DNA from: Acidimicrobiia bacterium
GTDB taxonomy: Bacteria > Actinomycetota > Acidimicrobiia > IMCC26256 > PALSA-610
Length of the DNA stretch: 64,000 bases
Direction of reading: 5' to 3'
Assembly: GCA_038209365.1 (NCBI GenBank)
Contig: JBBQXS010000016.1
Span: forward strand, 7,870-71,869
A program made the position numbers and the translations under genes. Under the pieces are notes generated by a model. The model ran no database searches and was not told where the DNA came from. It worked only from the letters and a program-made list of their open reading frames with translations. Below are positions 26,953 through 38,038 of this stretch, piece by piece; position 1 is the first letter of the stretch, and every line of letters begins with the position of its first letter.

Positions 26953-28248
26953 TCACACCTTGAGGATCGCGGTGTGGAGGATGTCGAGGGCTTCGTCGAG
27001 GAGGTCGTGCGCCAGCACGAGCGGGGGGAGCAGGCGCACGACGTTGCCATGCGTGCCTGCGGTGAGGATCAGCACCCCGGCTTCGTGACACGCGGCCGTG
27101 ATCCGCTTGGCGCGGTCGGCGTCGGGGCTGCCGTCCTCGTGCACGAGCTCGACGGCCACCATCGCACCCCGGCCCCGCACGTCGCCCACACCGGTCGCGG
27201 CGTCCTGCGCGGCACGCAGCTGCTCGAGCATGCGGTCACCGAGCTCCCGGGCGCGTGCGTTGAGCTCTTCCCGCTCGATCACGTCGATGGCGGCGAGCGC
27301 GGCCGCGCACGACACGGGATTGCCGCCGAAGGTGCTGCCCAGCCCGCCGACGTGCACGGCGTCCATGATCTCGGCGCGTCCGGTCACGCCCGCGACCGGC
27401 ATGCCGCCGCCGAGCCCTTTCGCGGTCGCGACGAGATCGGGCACGACGCCCTCGTGCTCGCACGCGAACCACGCACCGGTACGGCCGAAGCCGGTCTGCA
27501 CCTCGTCGGCGACGAACAGCACGCCGCGTTCAGCGCACCAATGCGCCAGGCCTTCCATCCAGCCTGCTTCCGGCACCACGAACCCGCCCTCGCCGGCGAT
27601 CGGCTCGACGACCACGCACGCGATCTGACCGGGATCGACACTCGCCTCGATCCACGCCAGTGTCTCGGCCAGCCTCCCGGTACCGCGGAACGGATATGAG
27701 AACGGGGCCCGGTAGATCTCGGGTGCATACGGGCCGAACGACTTCTTGTACGGCGACACCTTGGCGGTGAGCGACAGGCCGAGCAGCGTGCGGCCGTGAA
27801 ACGCCTGGTCGAACGCGATGACGGCCGGCCGACCGGTCGCCGCGCGCGCGATCTTCACGGTGTTCTCGACGGCTTCCGCGCCCGAGTTCACGAGCATCGA
27901 CCGCTTCTCGTGCGCGCCCGGGGTCAATTCGTTCAACGCTTCGCACACCGCGACGTAGGCCTCGTACGGCGTCACCTGGAAGCACGTGTGCAAGAACCTG
28001 CCGGCCTGACGAGTGATCGCCTCGACGACGGCCGGATGCGCGTGCCCGACGTTCACGACCGCGATGCCCGCTCCGAGGTCGATCAGGCGGTTGCCGTCGA
28101 CGTCCTCGACGATCCCGCCCTGGGCGTCGGCGACGAAGACGGGCAGCGTCGTGCCGACCGCGTCGGGGATCGCGCGGGTGCGTCGTGCCCAGAGCTCGCG
28201 CGAGCGCGGGCCGGGGATCTCCGTGCGCAGGTTCCGCCGTTGTTCCAC
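26953..28248 (-). CDS. gabT: 4-aminobutyrate aminotransferase
   Basis: GTG at 28248 within ORF 26953-28629. EIPGPRSRELWARR, DVDGNRLIDLGAGIAVVNVGH, FLHTCFQVTPYE, VADEVQTGFGRTG and ATAKGLGGGMP are GabT-type blocks. Confidence 0.85.
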   Translation of the reverse strand: MEQRRNLRTEIPGPRSRELWARRTRAIPDAVGTTLPVFVADAQGGIVEDVDGNRLIDLGAGIAVVNVGHAHPAVVEAITRQAGRFLHTCFQVTPYEAYVAVCEALNELTPGAHEKRSMLVNSGAEAVENTVKIARAATGRPAVIAFDQAFHGRTLLGLSLTAKVSPYKKSFGPYAPEIYRAPFSYPFRGTGRLAETLAWIEASVDPGQIACVVVEPIAGEGGFVVPEAGWMEGLAHWCAERGVLFVADEVQTGFGRTGAWFACEHEGVVPDLVATAKGLGGGMPVAGVTGRAEIMDAVHVGGLGSTFGGNPVSCAAALAAIDVIEREELNARARELGDRMLEQLRAAQDAATGVGDVRGRGAMVAVELVHEDGSPDADRAKRITAACHEAGVLILTAGTHGNVVRLLPPLVLAHDLLDEALDILHTAILKV

Positions 28249-28312
28249 GGTGCCACGCGTACTGCAAACGCTCGCCGGGCGCAACCACACCGGCCGGTGC
28301 GAGACTGCGAAA

Positions 28313-30445
28313 GTGCGGACGCAATGGTTCTGTGGCGTGTTCGTGGCGATTGCCATGCTGTTCGGTGCCGGCGCGTGCAGCTCGGACAACAAGGGAGCGC
28401 GCAGCAAGCCTGGGAAGGACGCGACCGTGAACGTTGACGCCGACATCGACGCCCGCCAGCGCGCGTACCTCGATGTCGCGACGCAATCGCTCGCGCCGGG
28501 CGATGCGCTCAGCGTCCTCGCGCACTTCGAGCGAGCGGCTCGTGACCCGCAGTTCGAATTCGACCCGGCAGCCGTCACGCCCGAGGCGTTCGCATCGACG
28601 TTCGAGGCCATCGACTCCTTCGACGACACGACCGACTTCGACGTCCTTTACATGATCAACCTTTGGTACGCGTACGGCGACAAGCTGCCGGCCGCGACTC
28701 GGGATGCGATGGCGAAGCGCTTCCAGGCGTTCAAGTACTGGTACACCGAGCCGACGCCCAAGGGCATCGTCGACAACAAGTACTACTGGTCCGAGAACCA
28801 CCGCATCATCTACCACGTCGACGAATACCTCGCCGGCCTTGCGTTCAAGGACGCGACCTTCACGAACGACGGCCGCACCGGTGCCGCACACGCAGAGACG
28901 GCGAAGAAGCGCATCCTCCAGTGGCTCGAGGAGAAGGTGCGCTTCGGCTTCACCGAATGGCACTCCGACGTCTATTACCAAAAGGACGTCACGCCGCTGC
29001 TCACGCTCGTCGAGTTCGCACCCGACCCGGACCTCGCGAACCGGGCGGCGATGGTGCTCGATCTCTTCCTGCTCGACATCGGCCTCCACTTGCACAAGGG
29101 CGACTTCGGCGCGACGCACGGCCGCTCGTACATGAAGGACAAGAGCATCGCCACCGACCAGAACACGTTCACGTTCTCGAAGCTGTTGTTCGACGACACC
29201 ACGCTGCCGTATGAGCCCGGCGCCGACCCCGGCGGCACGCTGTTCGCCCGGGCAAAGAAGTACGCCCTTCCCCCGGTGATCCGTGCCATCGCAAAGGACG
29301 ACACGCCGATGGTCGACCAGGAGCACATGAACGTGCCACTCGACCCGAAGGAACCGGTCGTGTCCGACCCCGAGCCACCGTTCGGCATCTCCTACGACGA
29401 TCCGGAGAACGTGCCGTTCTGGTGGGAGCGGGGAGCGCAAACCGCGTGGCAGACCGTGCCGCTCACGATTCGCGCGCTCGACAAGCACGAGCTCTGGGAC
29501 AGCCAGTTCTACAAGGCGTTCAAACCGCTGCGCGACGCGGTCGGCAACGACATGCAAAACGCGCGCAATCTCGCCCAGCAACTGTCACCGGTGCTCGCGT
29601 TCGCGTTGCTGAGCGAAGTGCACTCGTACACCTATCGCGACCGAAACGTCATGCTCTCCACCGCCCAGGACTACCGGCCGGGCGTGTTCGCCGAGCAGGA
29701 ACACGCGTGGCAAGCGACGCTCGACGAGAAGGCGATCGTGTTCACGACGCATCCCAAGAACGAGCCGCAACAGGGCACGGAGTGGCCCGACGACGACGGC
29801 TACTGGACGGGTACCGGGTCCATCCCGCGTTCTGCGCAGTACCGCACGGTCGGTATCCACATCTACAGTCCGCAGTTCGAGCCGATGGGGCCACCGTTCG
29901 ACGCGTTCTCGTACCTCGCCTACACGCACGCCTACTTCCCGCAGGAATATTTCGACGAGGTGCGCCAGGTGGGCAACTGGACGTTCGGCCGCAAGGGCGA
30001 CGGCTACGTCGCGCTCTGGTCGGAGCGCGCGCCCGAGTGGCGCACGCACGATCCGGCGAAGGTGTTTACGCACGGGTTGACCAAGCCGTTCGACCTCGTT
30101 GCCAAGGGCGGTCCCGACAACGTATGGATCGTCGAGGTGGGCGACGCGGCCAAGTGGAAGACGTTCGACGCGTTCCGCCGCGCAATCACCGACGCGCCGG
30201 TGAAGGTCGCGGCCGGCGCCGAGCACGCCGTCGACTACACGTCACCGACCGAGGGCCGCATGACGTTCGGGTTCTCGAAGCCCTTTACCGTTGCCGGGAA
30301 GGGCATCGACCTGCATCCTGCGTCCCGGCTCGACAATCCGTATGTGCACGTGCCGTTCGAGGGGAAGCGTTACGACGTAAGGGCCGGCGACACGTCGCTG
30401 CTCCTCGACTTCGACGCCTGGACGCGCAAGGTCGGCGGTGGATGA
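28313..30445 (+). CDS. Large secreted lipoprotein, unknown function
   Basis: GTG at 28313 gives signal VRTQWFCGVFVAIAMLFGAGAC (lipobox). Mature protein is about 690 aa and Trp/Tyr-rich (YYWSENHRIIYH, TEWHSDVYYQKD). I cannot assign a family by eye; it may be a glycan-active alpha/alpha-toroid plus beta-sandwich enzyme. Confidence 0.6.
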   Translation: MRTQWFCGVFVAIAMLFGAGACSSDNKGARSKPGKDATVNVDADIDARQRAYLDVATQSLAPGDALSVLAHFERAARDPQFEFDPAAVTPEAFASTFEAIDSFDDTTDFDVLYMINLWYAYGDKLPAATRDAMAKRFQAFKYWYTEPTPKGIVDNKYYWSENHRIIYHVDEYLAGLAFKDATFTNDGRTGAAHAETAKKRILQWLEEKVRFGFTEWHSDVYYQKDVTPLLTLVEFAPDPDLANRAAMVLDLFLLDIGLHLHKGDFGATHGRSYMKDKSIATDQNTFTFSKLLFDDTTLPYEPGADPGGTLFARAKKYALPPVIRAIAKDDTPMVDQEHMNVPLDPKEPVVSDPEPPFGISYDDPENVPFWWERGAQTAWQTVPLTIRALDKHELWDSQFYKAFKPLRDAVGNDMQNARNLAQQLSPVLAFALLSEVHSYTYRDRNVMLSTAQDYRPGVFAEQEHAWQATLDEKAIVFTTHPKNEPQQGTEWPDDDGYWTGTGSIPRSAQYRTVGIHIYSPQFEPMGPPFDAFSYLAYTHAYFPQEYFDEVRQVGNWTFGRKGDGYVALWSERAPEWRTHDPAKVFTHGLTKPFDLVAKGGPDNVWIVEVGDAAKWKTFDAFRRAITDAPVKVAAGAEHAVDYTSPTEGRMTFGFSKPFTVAGKGIDLHPASRLDNPYVHVPFEGKRYDVRAGDTSLLLDFDAWTRKVGGG

Positions 30446-30848
30446 CGCGATGATGCGACAGCGCGTGCGTGACGCGCGTGTCGCCCGCCTCGCCACCGTC
30501 ACGTCCGCGGGGCGGCCGCACGTCGTCCCGTGCTGCTTCGTGCTCGGCGGCGACGGTGAGGTCGTGTACTCGGCCGTGGACGGCAAGCCCAAGTCGACAC
30601 TCGAGCTCCGCCGCCTCGCCAACATCCGCGCGAACCCGCATGCGTCTCTGCTGATCGACCACTACGCCGACGACTGGTCGGCACTGTGGTGGGTCCGCGT
30701 CGACGGGTCGGCTCGCGTGATCACCGAAGGTGCCGAGCGCGACCGCGCGATCGCCACGCTCACGACCAAGTACCCCCAGTACGTGCAGTCGCCGCCCGCG
30801 GGCGCGGTCGTTGCCATCGACGTCTTGCACTGGCGCGCCTGGCCGTGA
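30438..30848 (+). CDS. PPOX-class (pyridoxamine 5'-phosphate oxidase-like) probable F420-dependent protein
   Basis: 136 aa. ARVARLATVTSAGRPHVVPCCF and NPHASLLIDHYADDWSALWWVRVDG match the actinobacterial PPOX/F420 family pattern. Confidence 0.7.
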   Translation: MDDAMMRQRVRDARVARLATVTSAGRPHVVPCCFVLGGDGEVVYSAVDGKPKSTLELRRLANIRANPHASLLIDHYADDWSALWWVRVDGSARVITEGAERDRAIATLTTKYPQYVQSPPAGAVVAIDVLHWRAWP

Positions 30849-30852
30849 GTGG

Positions 30853-31644
30853 TCAGGCGCGACGCGGTTCGTAGATCGCGGTGTGGTGGACGTGTGTGAC
30901 CGGCCGCTCATCCACCGCCACGAGGACGTCGAGCGAGACGAACTTGTGACCGCTGCGTTCCCACACGCGTGCGACCCGTCCTCTGGTGGACACCACGTCG
31001 TCGTCGCGCACCAGCCCGAAGTTCGTGACGTCGCTCTCGACGTGGATCCACGGACCGAGCTCGACGTTCGCGGCGAGCAGCCGGTTGGCGCGCCGCAACA
31101 GCCATCCCGGATGCGCAATGCCTTCGTCCTCGTAGATGGGCAGGCGCTCGCCGATCTCGTCGAGGTAGTTCTTTGCCGCGGCCGCGTCGAATCGCTTGGT
31201 CACGGTGCCGAGCGGGTCGGCGCCCGCGAGCACGGCGGCCGACGCGGGCCGCCGCGGCTGGGGGAGGGGAGCGACGCGAAACGCGCTGCTGTCGACCGGC
31301 GGCCGCGCCCCGGCGGACAGCGCGGTGGCTTCGGCGCACAGCTCGCCGGTGTCGTCGTGCAATGCGAGCTCCAGCGCGCCGTTGTCGTTGCCGGCGAGCC
31401 TGGTCGTGACCGACACGTCCCGCCCGTCGTACACCGGTCGCCGCAAGCGCACGTGCATGCTTCCGCAGGAGAGCCAGTCGCGCCCGAAGTGCCGGACGAC
31501 CGGATGCGTCATGTACGCGTACACTTCGACGCCGGAAACCAGTCCGCCGGCGAACCCGTAGTCCTTCGCGACCGCGTCGTCATGGATCTTGTTCGCGGAG
31601 GTCGTCGCCATGTTGTGCGCGCGCACTCGGTACCCCTCGACCAT
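30853..31644 (-). CDS. MaoC-like / double hot-dog dehydratase family protein
   Basis: 263 aa. NKIHDDAVAKDYGFAGGLV in the N-terminal half and IAHPGWLL in the C-terminal half suggest two hot-dog folds. Confidence 0.65.
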   Translation of the reverse strand: MVEGYRVRAHNMATTSANKIHDDAVAKDYGFAGGLVSGVEVYAYMTHPVVRHFGRDWLSCGSMHVRLRRPVYDGRDVSVTTRLAGNDNGALELALHDDTGELCAEATALSAGARPPVDSSAFRVAPLPQPRRPASAAVLAGADPLGTVTKRFDAAAAKNYLDEIGERLPIYEDEGIAHPGWLLRRANRLLAANVELGPWIHVESDVTNFGLVRDDDVVSTRGRVARVWERSGHKFVSLDVLVAVDERPVTHVHHTAIYEPRRA

Positions 31645-31785
31645 CCGCGCAGCCTCCCACGGATGGAGTTTTGGCTGTCACCCGGCGCGAGCGCGCTTGA
31701 ACAGTCCGTCCGGAACATGCGGCGAGAGCGGCTTGTGTGCCCAATGTCCGGCATTCCACGCTCGCATGCCGGGTACGCCTGGTGG

Positions 31786-32118
31786 ATGACATACGAACGT
31801 GAACCCAACACACCCGGACCATCACCCGCACTGAACGATGCGCCGGTGGTCGACACGCAACTCCAGCCCGTCGGCAGAGTCACGGACGTGTTGTTCGACG
31901 ACCGTGAGTTCTCACCGCGCTGGGCCGTGGTGAAAACCGGGTTCTTCGGTGGCGAGCGTTTCGTCCCACTGCAGAATGCATATCTCGACGACGCGGGCCG
32001 TCTCGTCGTGCCGTTCGACAAGACGAGCATCAAGCGTGCGCCGAAGACGCGCGGCGACCATGTGGTGTCGCCCGAGATCGCCAAGGAGCTGCGCGACTAC
32101 TACGGCATCGCGGCCTGA
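31786..32118 (+). CDS. PRC-barrel domain protein
   Basis: ATG at 31786 within ORF 30730-32118, giving 110 aa. GRVTDVLFDDREFSPRWAVVKTGFFGGERFVPL and LVVPFDKTSIKRAP are PRC-barrel-like. Confidence 0.6.
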   Translation: MTYEREPNTPGPSPALNDAPVVDTQLQPVGRVTDVLFDDREFSPRWAVVKTGFFGGERFVPLQNAYLDDAGRLVVPFDKTSIKRAPKTRGDHVVSPEIAKELRDYYGIAA

Positions 32119-32127
32119 CGCCCTGAC

Positions 32128-32168
32128 AGGCGTGTGTGAGGTGCGAAAATCGCACCTCACACACGCCT
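32128..32168. repeat. Palindromic intergenic repeat, copy 2: perfect 18-bp stem, 5-nt loop; probable bidirectional terminator
   Basis: aggcgtgtgtgaggtgcg-aaaat-cgcacctcacacacgcct lies between the convergent stops of the PRC-barrel gene (32118) and the GyrB-like gene (32174). Confidence 0.9.
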
Positions 32169-32173
32169 CACTC

Positions 32174-34138
<1,965 letters not shown>

Positions 34139-36256
34139 CTAGGTGACGGCTGCGCCACCCTGGTGTCTTCCGCGCTGGCGACCGCGGAGGAAGTCCCGCA
34201 CCTGCGCGGGTGGAATCGTCGGTCCGAACGCTGCACCCGAGCCGAATTCGCAACCGAGCTCGTGGAGGCGCGCGGCTTGGACACCGTTCTCGACGCCGTT
34301 GGCCGCGACGACACGTCCCAGCGCACGCGCATACTTCACGATCGCGCCGAGCAATGCTGCGCTCACCTCGTCGTGCGTCGTCCGCAACGCGGCCACGAGC
34401 GGACCGGCGATCGTCAGTGTCGGCGTCGGCAACGTGCGCAGCTGTTCGAGTGACGACACCGCCGATCCGAAATCACGCAATGCGACACCCAGCCCCAGCT
34501 CGTTGAGCGCGACGACGACGCGAGATGCGGCATCGAAATCGTGCGCCACCGCAGACTCGGGAACGCCGATCCAACACAACGACGGCGAGACACGGCTGCG
34601 CGACAGCATGTCGCGCACCAGCTGCGGGAACACCGGCGACAGCGCGCCGGTCGCGGTCAGCAGCACGCCGAGACCGGGTATCACCGGGCCCCAGGGCTCG
34701 CGCTCCCACTCGGCGAGCTGGGCGAGCAGGGTTCGCACCATCGCCGTGTCCAGCGCACGGGAGAGACCTGCATCCTCGAGCACCTTGCCGATCGCTTCGG
34801 CGTCGTGAAGACCCGTCGTCTCCCAGTCGACCGCGCAATCGAATCCCACGATTTCGTGCGTCGCGAGGTCCGCGATCGGCGTGCACAGGATCGGAAGCCG
34901 CGGCTCTTCGAGCAGGCGGCCCGCGGTGCGTGCGATCCGCCGCCCTTGCGCGAGCTCCCGCCGCAGGTCTTCGTCGAAGAGCTCCACGCGACCTCGACCC
35001 AGCCGCTTGGCGCGATACGCAGCGACGTCGGCGTTCGAGAGGACCTGGTCCGCCGACAGCGGGTCGTCACCGCGTGCCGTCGCAATACCGATGCTTGCGC
35101 CGATCACCACCTCGTGACCGTGAATGTCGTACGGCTCGCTCACACGTGCAAGAAGGCGGTCCGCGAGCATCGACGACTGCGTGACCGAGTCCATCGCGGG
35201 GCAGCAGACGATGAACTCGTCTCCACCGAGCCGCACACACACGTCTCCTTCGCGGACCCCGCTGCGCAACCGTTGTGCGACCTGCACGAGCAGATCGTCG
35301 CCTGCCGCATGCCCCAGCATGTCGTTCACGCGCTTGAAGCCGTCGAGATCCATGAAGAGCAACGCAACGCCACCCGCCCCGCGGCGCGTGCGTGCGAGCG
35401 CCGCGTTGAGCTCCTCGACCAGGAGCGCGCGGCTCCCGAGGCCCGTGAGGCGGTCGTGGGTCGCGTCGTACTCGAGGCGCTCCTCGAGCAGGTGCCGTTC
35501 GGTGACGTCCTCGAACGATCCGAGGAAGCCCGAGAGCGTGCCGTCCACACGCCGGAGCGCCGCCCACCGCGCGCTCACCCACCGCAATGCCCCCGTCGGC
35601 GTCGTCAGGCGCACCTGCGACGGCCGCGTCTCACCGCCGTCGGCCGCTCCTCGCATCTGGACACGCAACGACTCGACGTCGTCGGGATCGAGGGCGCGGC
35701 ACCACCCGACACCCAAGGCGTCCTCGGCGGGCACCTGCGTGAGCCGCTCGAACGCGGGGTTCACGAAGACGCATCTGTCGTCCACGTCGATCTCGCAGAT
35801 GCCGATGGGGCTCTCGGTGACAAGCGTGCGCCAGCGCGCCTCGCGTTCGTACACCGTGTGGTCGATGACCCGCACGACGATGCCCTGCACGTCGGGATGA
35901 CCGAGCAGGTTCCGGAACGCGAGCGTCTGGGAGTGCCAGCCGTCGAGATCGTTGCGCACCCGCGCCCGCGCCTCGATCTCCCGACCGGGCACGCTCCGGC
36001 ACTCGACCAGGGCGTCCCCGAGCGCCGGATGATCGTCGGGATGCACCCAATCAGCCATGCGGGTCGTCAGGTCGCGGGCCCGGCTGAACCCGGCCCGCAA
36101 GCCGAGGTCGCCGAGCACGATGCGGGGCCGGAAGTCGGCGTCGAGGATCGCGACGGCGTCGGCGAGCGCACCCAGGACGTCCGGATCCCGGACGTCGAGT
36201 GGTGGAGTCTGCGTGCTGACCGCTCCGACCGCGGCGACGTCGGGCACCGGGGCCAT
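34139..36256 (-). CDS. PAS-PAS-GGDEF-EAL signalling protein (intact GGDEF with I-site; degenerate EAL)
   Basis: 705 aa with two PAS-like segments. The GGDEF region reads REGDVCVRLGGDEF (RxxD five residues upstream of GGDEF). In the EAL domain, EAL is replaced by DCA, DDFG by RDFG and EGVE by NGVE. Confidence 0.85.
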   Translation of the reverse strand: MAPVPDVAAVGAVSTQTPPLDVRDPDVLGALADAVAILDADFRPRIVLGDLGLRAGFSRARDLTTRMADWVHPDDHPALGDALVECRSVPGREIEARARVRNDLDGWHSQTLAFRNLLGHPDVQGIVVRVIDHTVYEREARWRTLVTESPIGICEIDVDDRCVFVNPAFERLTQVPAEDALGVGWCRALDPDDVESLRVQMRGAADGGETRPSQVRLTTPTGALRWVSARWAALRRVDGTLSGFLGSFEDVTERHLLEERLEYDATHDRLTGLGSRALLVEELNAALARTRRGAGGVALLFMDLDGFKRVNDMLGHAAGDDLLVQVAQRLRSGVREGDVCVRLGGDEFIVCCPAMDSVTQSSMLADRLLARVSEPYDIHGHEVVIGASIGIATARGDDPLSADQVLSNADVAAYRAKRLGRGRVELFDEDLRRELAQGRRIARTAGRLLEEPRLPILCTPIADLATHEIVGFDCAVDWETTGLHDAEAIGKVLEDAGLSRALDTAMVRTLLAQLAEWEREPWGPVIPGLGVLLTATGALSPVFPQLVRDMLSRSRVSPSLCWIGVPESAVAHDFDAASRVVVALNELGLGVALRDFGSAVSSLEQLRTLPTPTLTIAGPLVAALRTTHDEVSAALLGAIVKYARALGRVVAANGVENGVQAARLHELGCEFGSGAAFGPTIPPAQVRDFLRGRQRGRHQGGAAVT

Positions 36257-36294
36257 CCCACTTCATCGGCACCGCATCCGCCGCCCCTTATAGC

Positions 36295-36759
36295 GTGCTT
36301 CGCATGACGACGACGTTTGCCTCCCCCAAGGACCTGCTCGACGCGACCGGCACCCAGCTCGGTCCGACCGACTGGATCACGATCACCCAGGACCAGATCA
36401 ACAAGTTCGCCGACGCCACGCTGGACAATCAGTGGATCCACGTCGACGCCGAGCGCGCCAAGGCCGGACCCTTCGGGGCGCCGATCGCCCACGGCTACCT
36501 GACGATGTCGCTCGCGTCGCACTTCCTCGGCGAGCTGGTGCGCGTCGGGGGGATCTCGATGGGCATCAACTACGGCGCCGAGAAGGTTCGCTTCCCGTCT
36601 CCGGTACCTGTCGGCTCCCGTCTTCGGGGCCGGGGCGAGCTGCTCGATGCCAAGGAAGTGCCGGGCGGGGTCCAGGCGACGACCCGCATCACGATCGAGC
36701 GCGAGGGCAGCGAGAAGCCCGCCGCGGTCGTCGAGGCCGTCTCCCGCTACCTCACATGA
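36295..36759 (+). CDS. MaoC family (R)-specific enoyl-CoA hydratase/dehydratase
   Basis: 154 aa. TQDQINKFADATLDNQWIHVD and GAPIAHGYLTMSL are canonical MaoC hot-dog motifs. Confidence 0.8.
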   Translation: MLRMTTTFASPKDLLDATGTQLGPTDWITITQDQINKFADATLDNQWIHVDAERAKAGPFGAPIAHGYLTMSLASHFLGELVRVGGISMGINYGAEKVRFPSPVPVGSRLRGRGELLDAKEVPGGVQATTRITIEREGSEKPAAVVEAVSRYLT

Positions 36760-36772
36760 GCGGGTTGAAGAC

Positions 36773-37564
36773 GTGAGCGCGCTGGACGCGTTCCGGCTCG
36801 ACGGCAAGGTCGCGATCGTCACCGGCGCCGGGCGCGGCATCGGCGCGTCGATCGCCCGCACGTTCGCGGACGCGGGTGGGAACGTCGCGCTCGCCGCGCG
36901 CACGAAGGAGCAGCTCGACGAGGTCGCAAGCGACATCCGGGCCGCGGGCCGCGACGCGTTGGTCATTCCGTGCGACGTGAACGACAACGACGCCGCGGAA
37001 CGCATTGTCGCGCAGACGGTCGCGGATCTCGGTCGGATCGACGTGCTCGTCAACAACGCGGGCGGCTCGATGCCAAAAGCATTTCTCGACACCAGTGCCG
37101 GTGCATTCGAACGCGCCTTCCACTTCAACGTCACGACCGCGTTCGTCCTCAGCAAGGAGGCGACGCCTCATCTGCTGGCGTCGGGCGCGGGGGCGATCGT
37201 CAACATCTCGTCGGCCATGGGTCGCCTGCGCGACCGCGGCTTTGTCGCGTACGGAACCGCGAAGGCCGCCCTCGCGCACATGACACGCCTCCTGGCGGCC
37301 GACCTCGCCCCCAAGGTGCGCGTCAACGGGATCGCGGTGGGCTCGGTCGCGACCAGCGCGCTCGAGATCGTCCTCGGCAACCCCGAGATCCACGACGAGA
37401 TGGTTCGCCGGACGCCGCTCAAGCGGCTGGGCCGGCCCGAGGACATCGCGCTCTGCGCCCTCTATCTCGCCTCCGATGCCGGCAGCTTCGTCACCGGCAA
37501 GCTCTTCGAGGTCGACGGCGGTATCGAGGACGCGAACCTGGATCTCGGCCTCCCGGATCTGTAG
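36773..37564 (+). CDS. SDR family oxidoreductase
   Basis: GTG at 36773. TGAGRGIGASIA (TGxxxGxG), NNAG and YGTAKAA (YxxxK). Confidence 0.85.
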   Translation: MSALDAFRLDGKVAIVTGAGRGIGASIARTFADAGGNVALAARTKEQLDEVASDIRAAGRDALVIPCDVNDNDAAERIVAQTVADLGRIDVLVNNAGGSMPKAFLDTSAGAFERAFHFNVTTAFVLSKEATPHLLASGAGAIVNISSAMGRLRDRGFVAYGTAKAALAHMTRLLAADLAPKVRVNGIAVGSVATSALEIVLGNPEIHDEMVRRTPLKRLGRPEDIALCALYLASDAGSFVTGKLFEVDGGIEDANLDLGLPDL

Positions 37565-37605
37565 GAGCGCCCCCATCGTCGCTCCGACGGTGAGTCGCGA
37601 CCCGG

Positions 37606-37986
37606 TCAGCCGTCGAGCAGATGGCGGATGCCCTCGGGCAGGGCGAAGCCGTCGTCACCCCGGGTCCACGGCACGGCCGCGAGCACGGCGCCGGTGTCGA
37701 TGGGGCCGTAGACGTGGGGAAAGTCCCCGGCGAACTCGTCGGCCGAGGGTTCCCATCGCAGCTCGCTGCGGAGCAGGCCCGGGTCGATGCACAGCAAGAC
37801 GAGATCGGGCACGTCCCGGTAGAACCAGTCCGCGACGTGGGTCACCTGGGTGGGCAGCGAGCAATGGATGAACCCTTCGCGGTCGAGGCTCGGCGCCCGG
37901 TACTCGCCGGTGGCTCGCGCGTGGTCCCATTCGGGCGCGGTCGTGATGTGCAGGATCAGTCGCGTCACAGCGGCCCAGCATGACAC
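37606..37986 (-). CDS. DUF952 family protein
   Basis: 126 aa. LILHITTAPEWD ... EGFIHCS ... LVLLCID ... FPHVYGPI matches the DUF952 pattern as I recall it. Confidence 0.6.
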   Translation of the reverse strand: MSCWAAVTRLILHITTAPEWDHARATGEYRAPSLDREGFIHCSLPTQVTHVADWFYRDVPDLVLLCIDPGLLRSELRWEPSADEFAGDFPHVYGPIDTGAVLAAVPWTRGDDGFALPEGIRHLLDG

Positions 37987-38038
37987 GATGACGGAGTGGA
38001 ACCGAAGGTCCGCTACGGCGCAGCGACGAGTGGCAGAT

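Noticed and set aside
29401-29425. Palindrome agaac-gtgcc-gttct (ccggagaacgtgccgttctgg) as a fourth copy of the TetR-type operator.
   Set aside because: It lies inside the lipoprotein coding region. Its half-sites are AGAAC/GTTCT and its total length differs (6-5-6 with GTT rather than TTC), so it is probably a chance coding-sequence palindrome.
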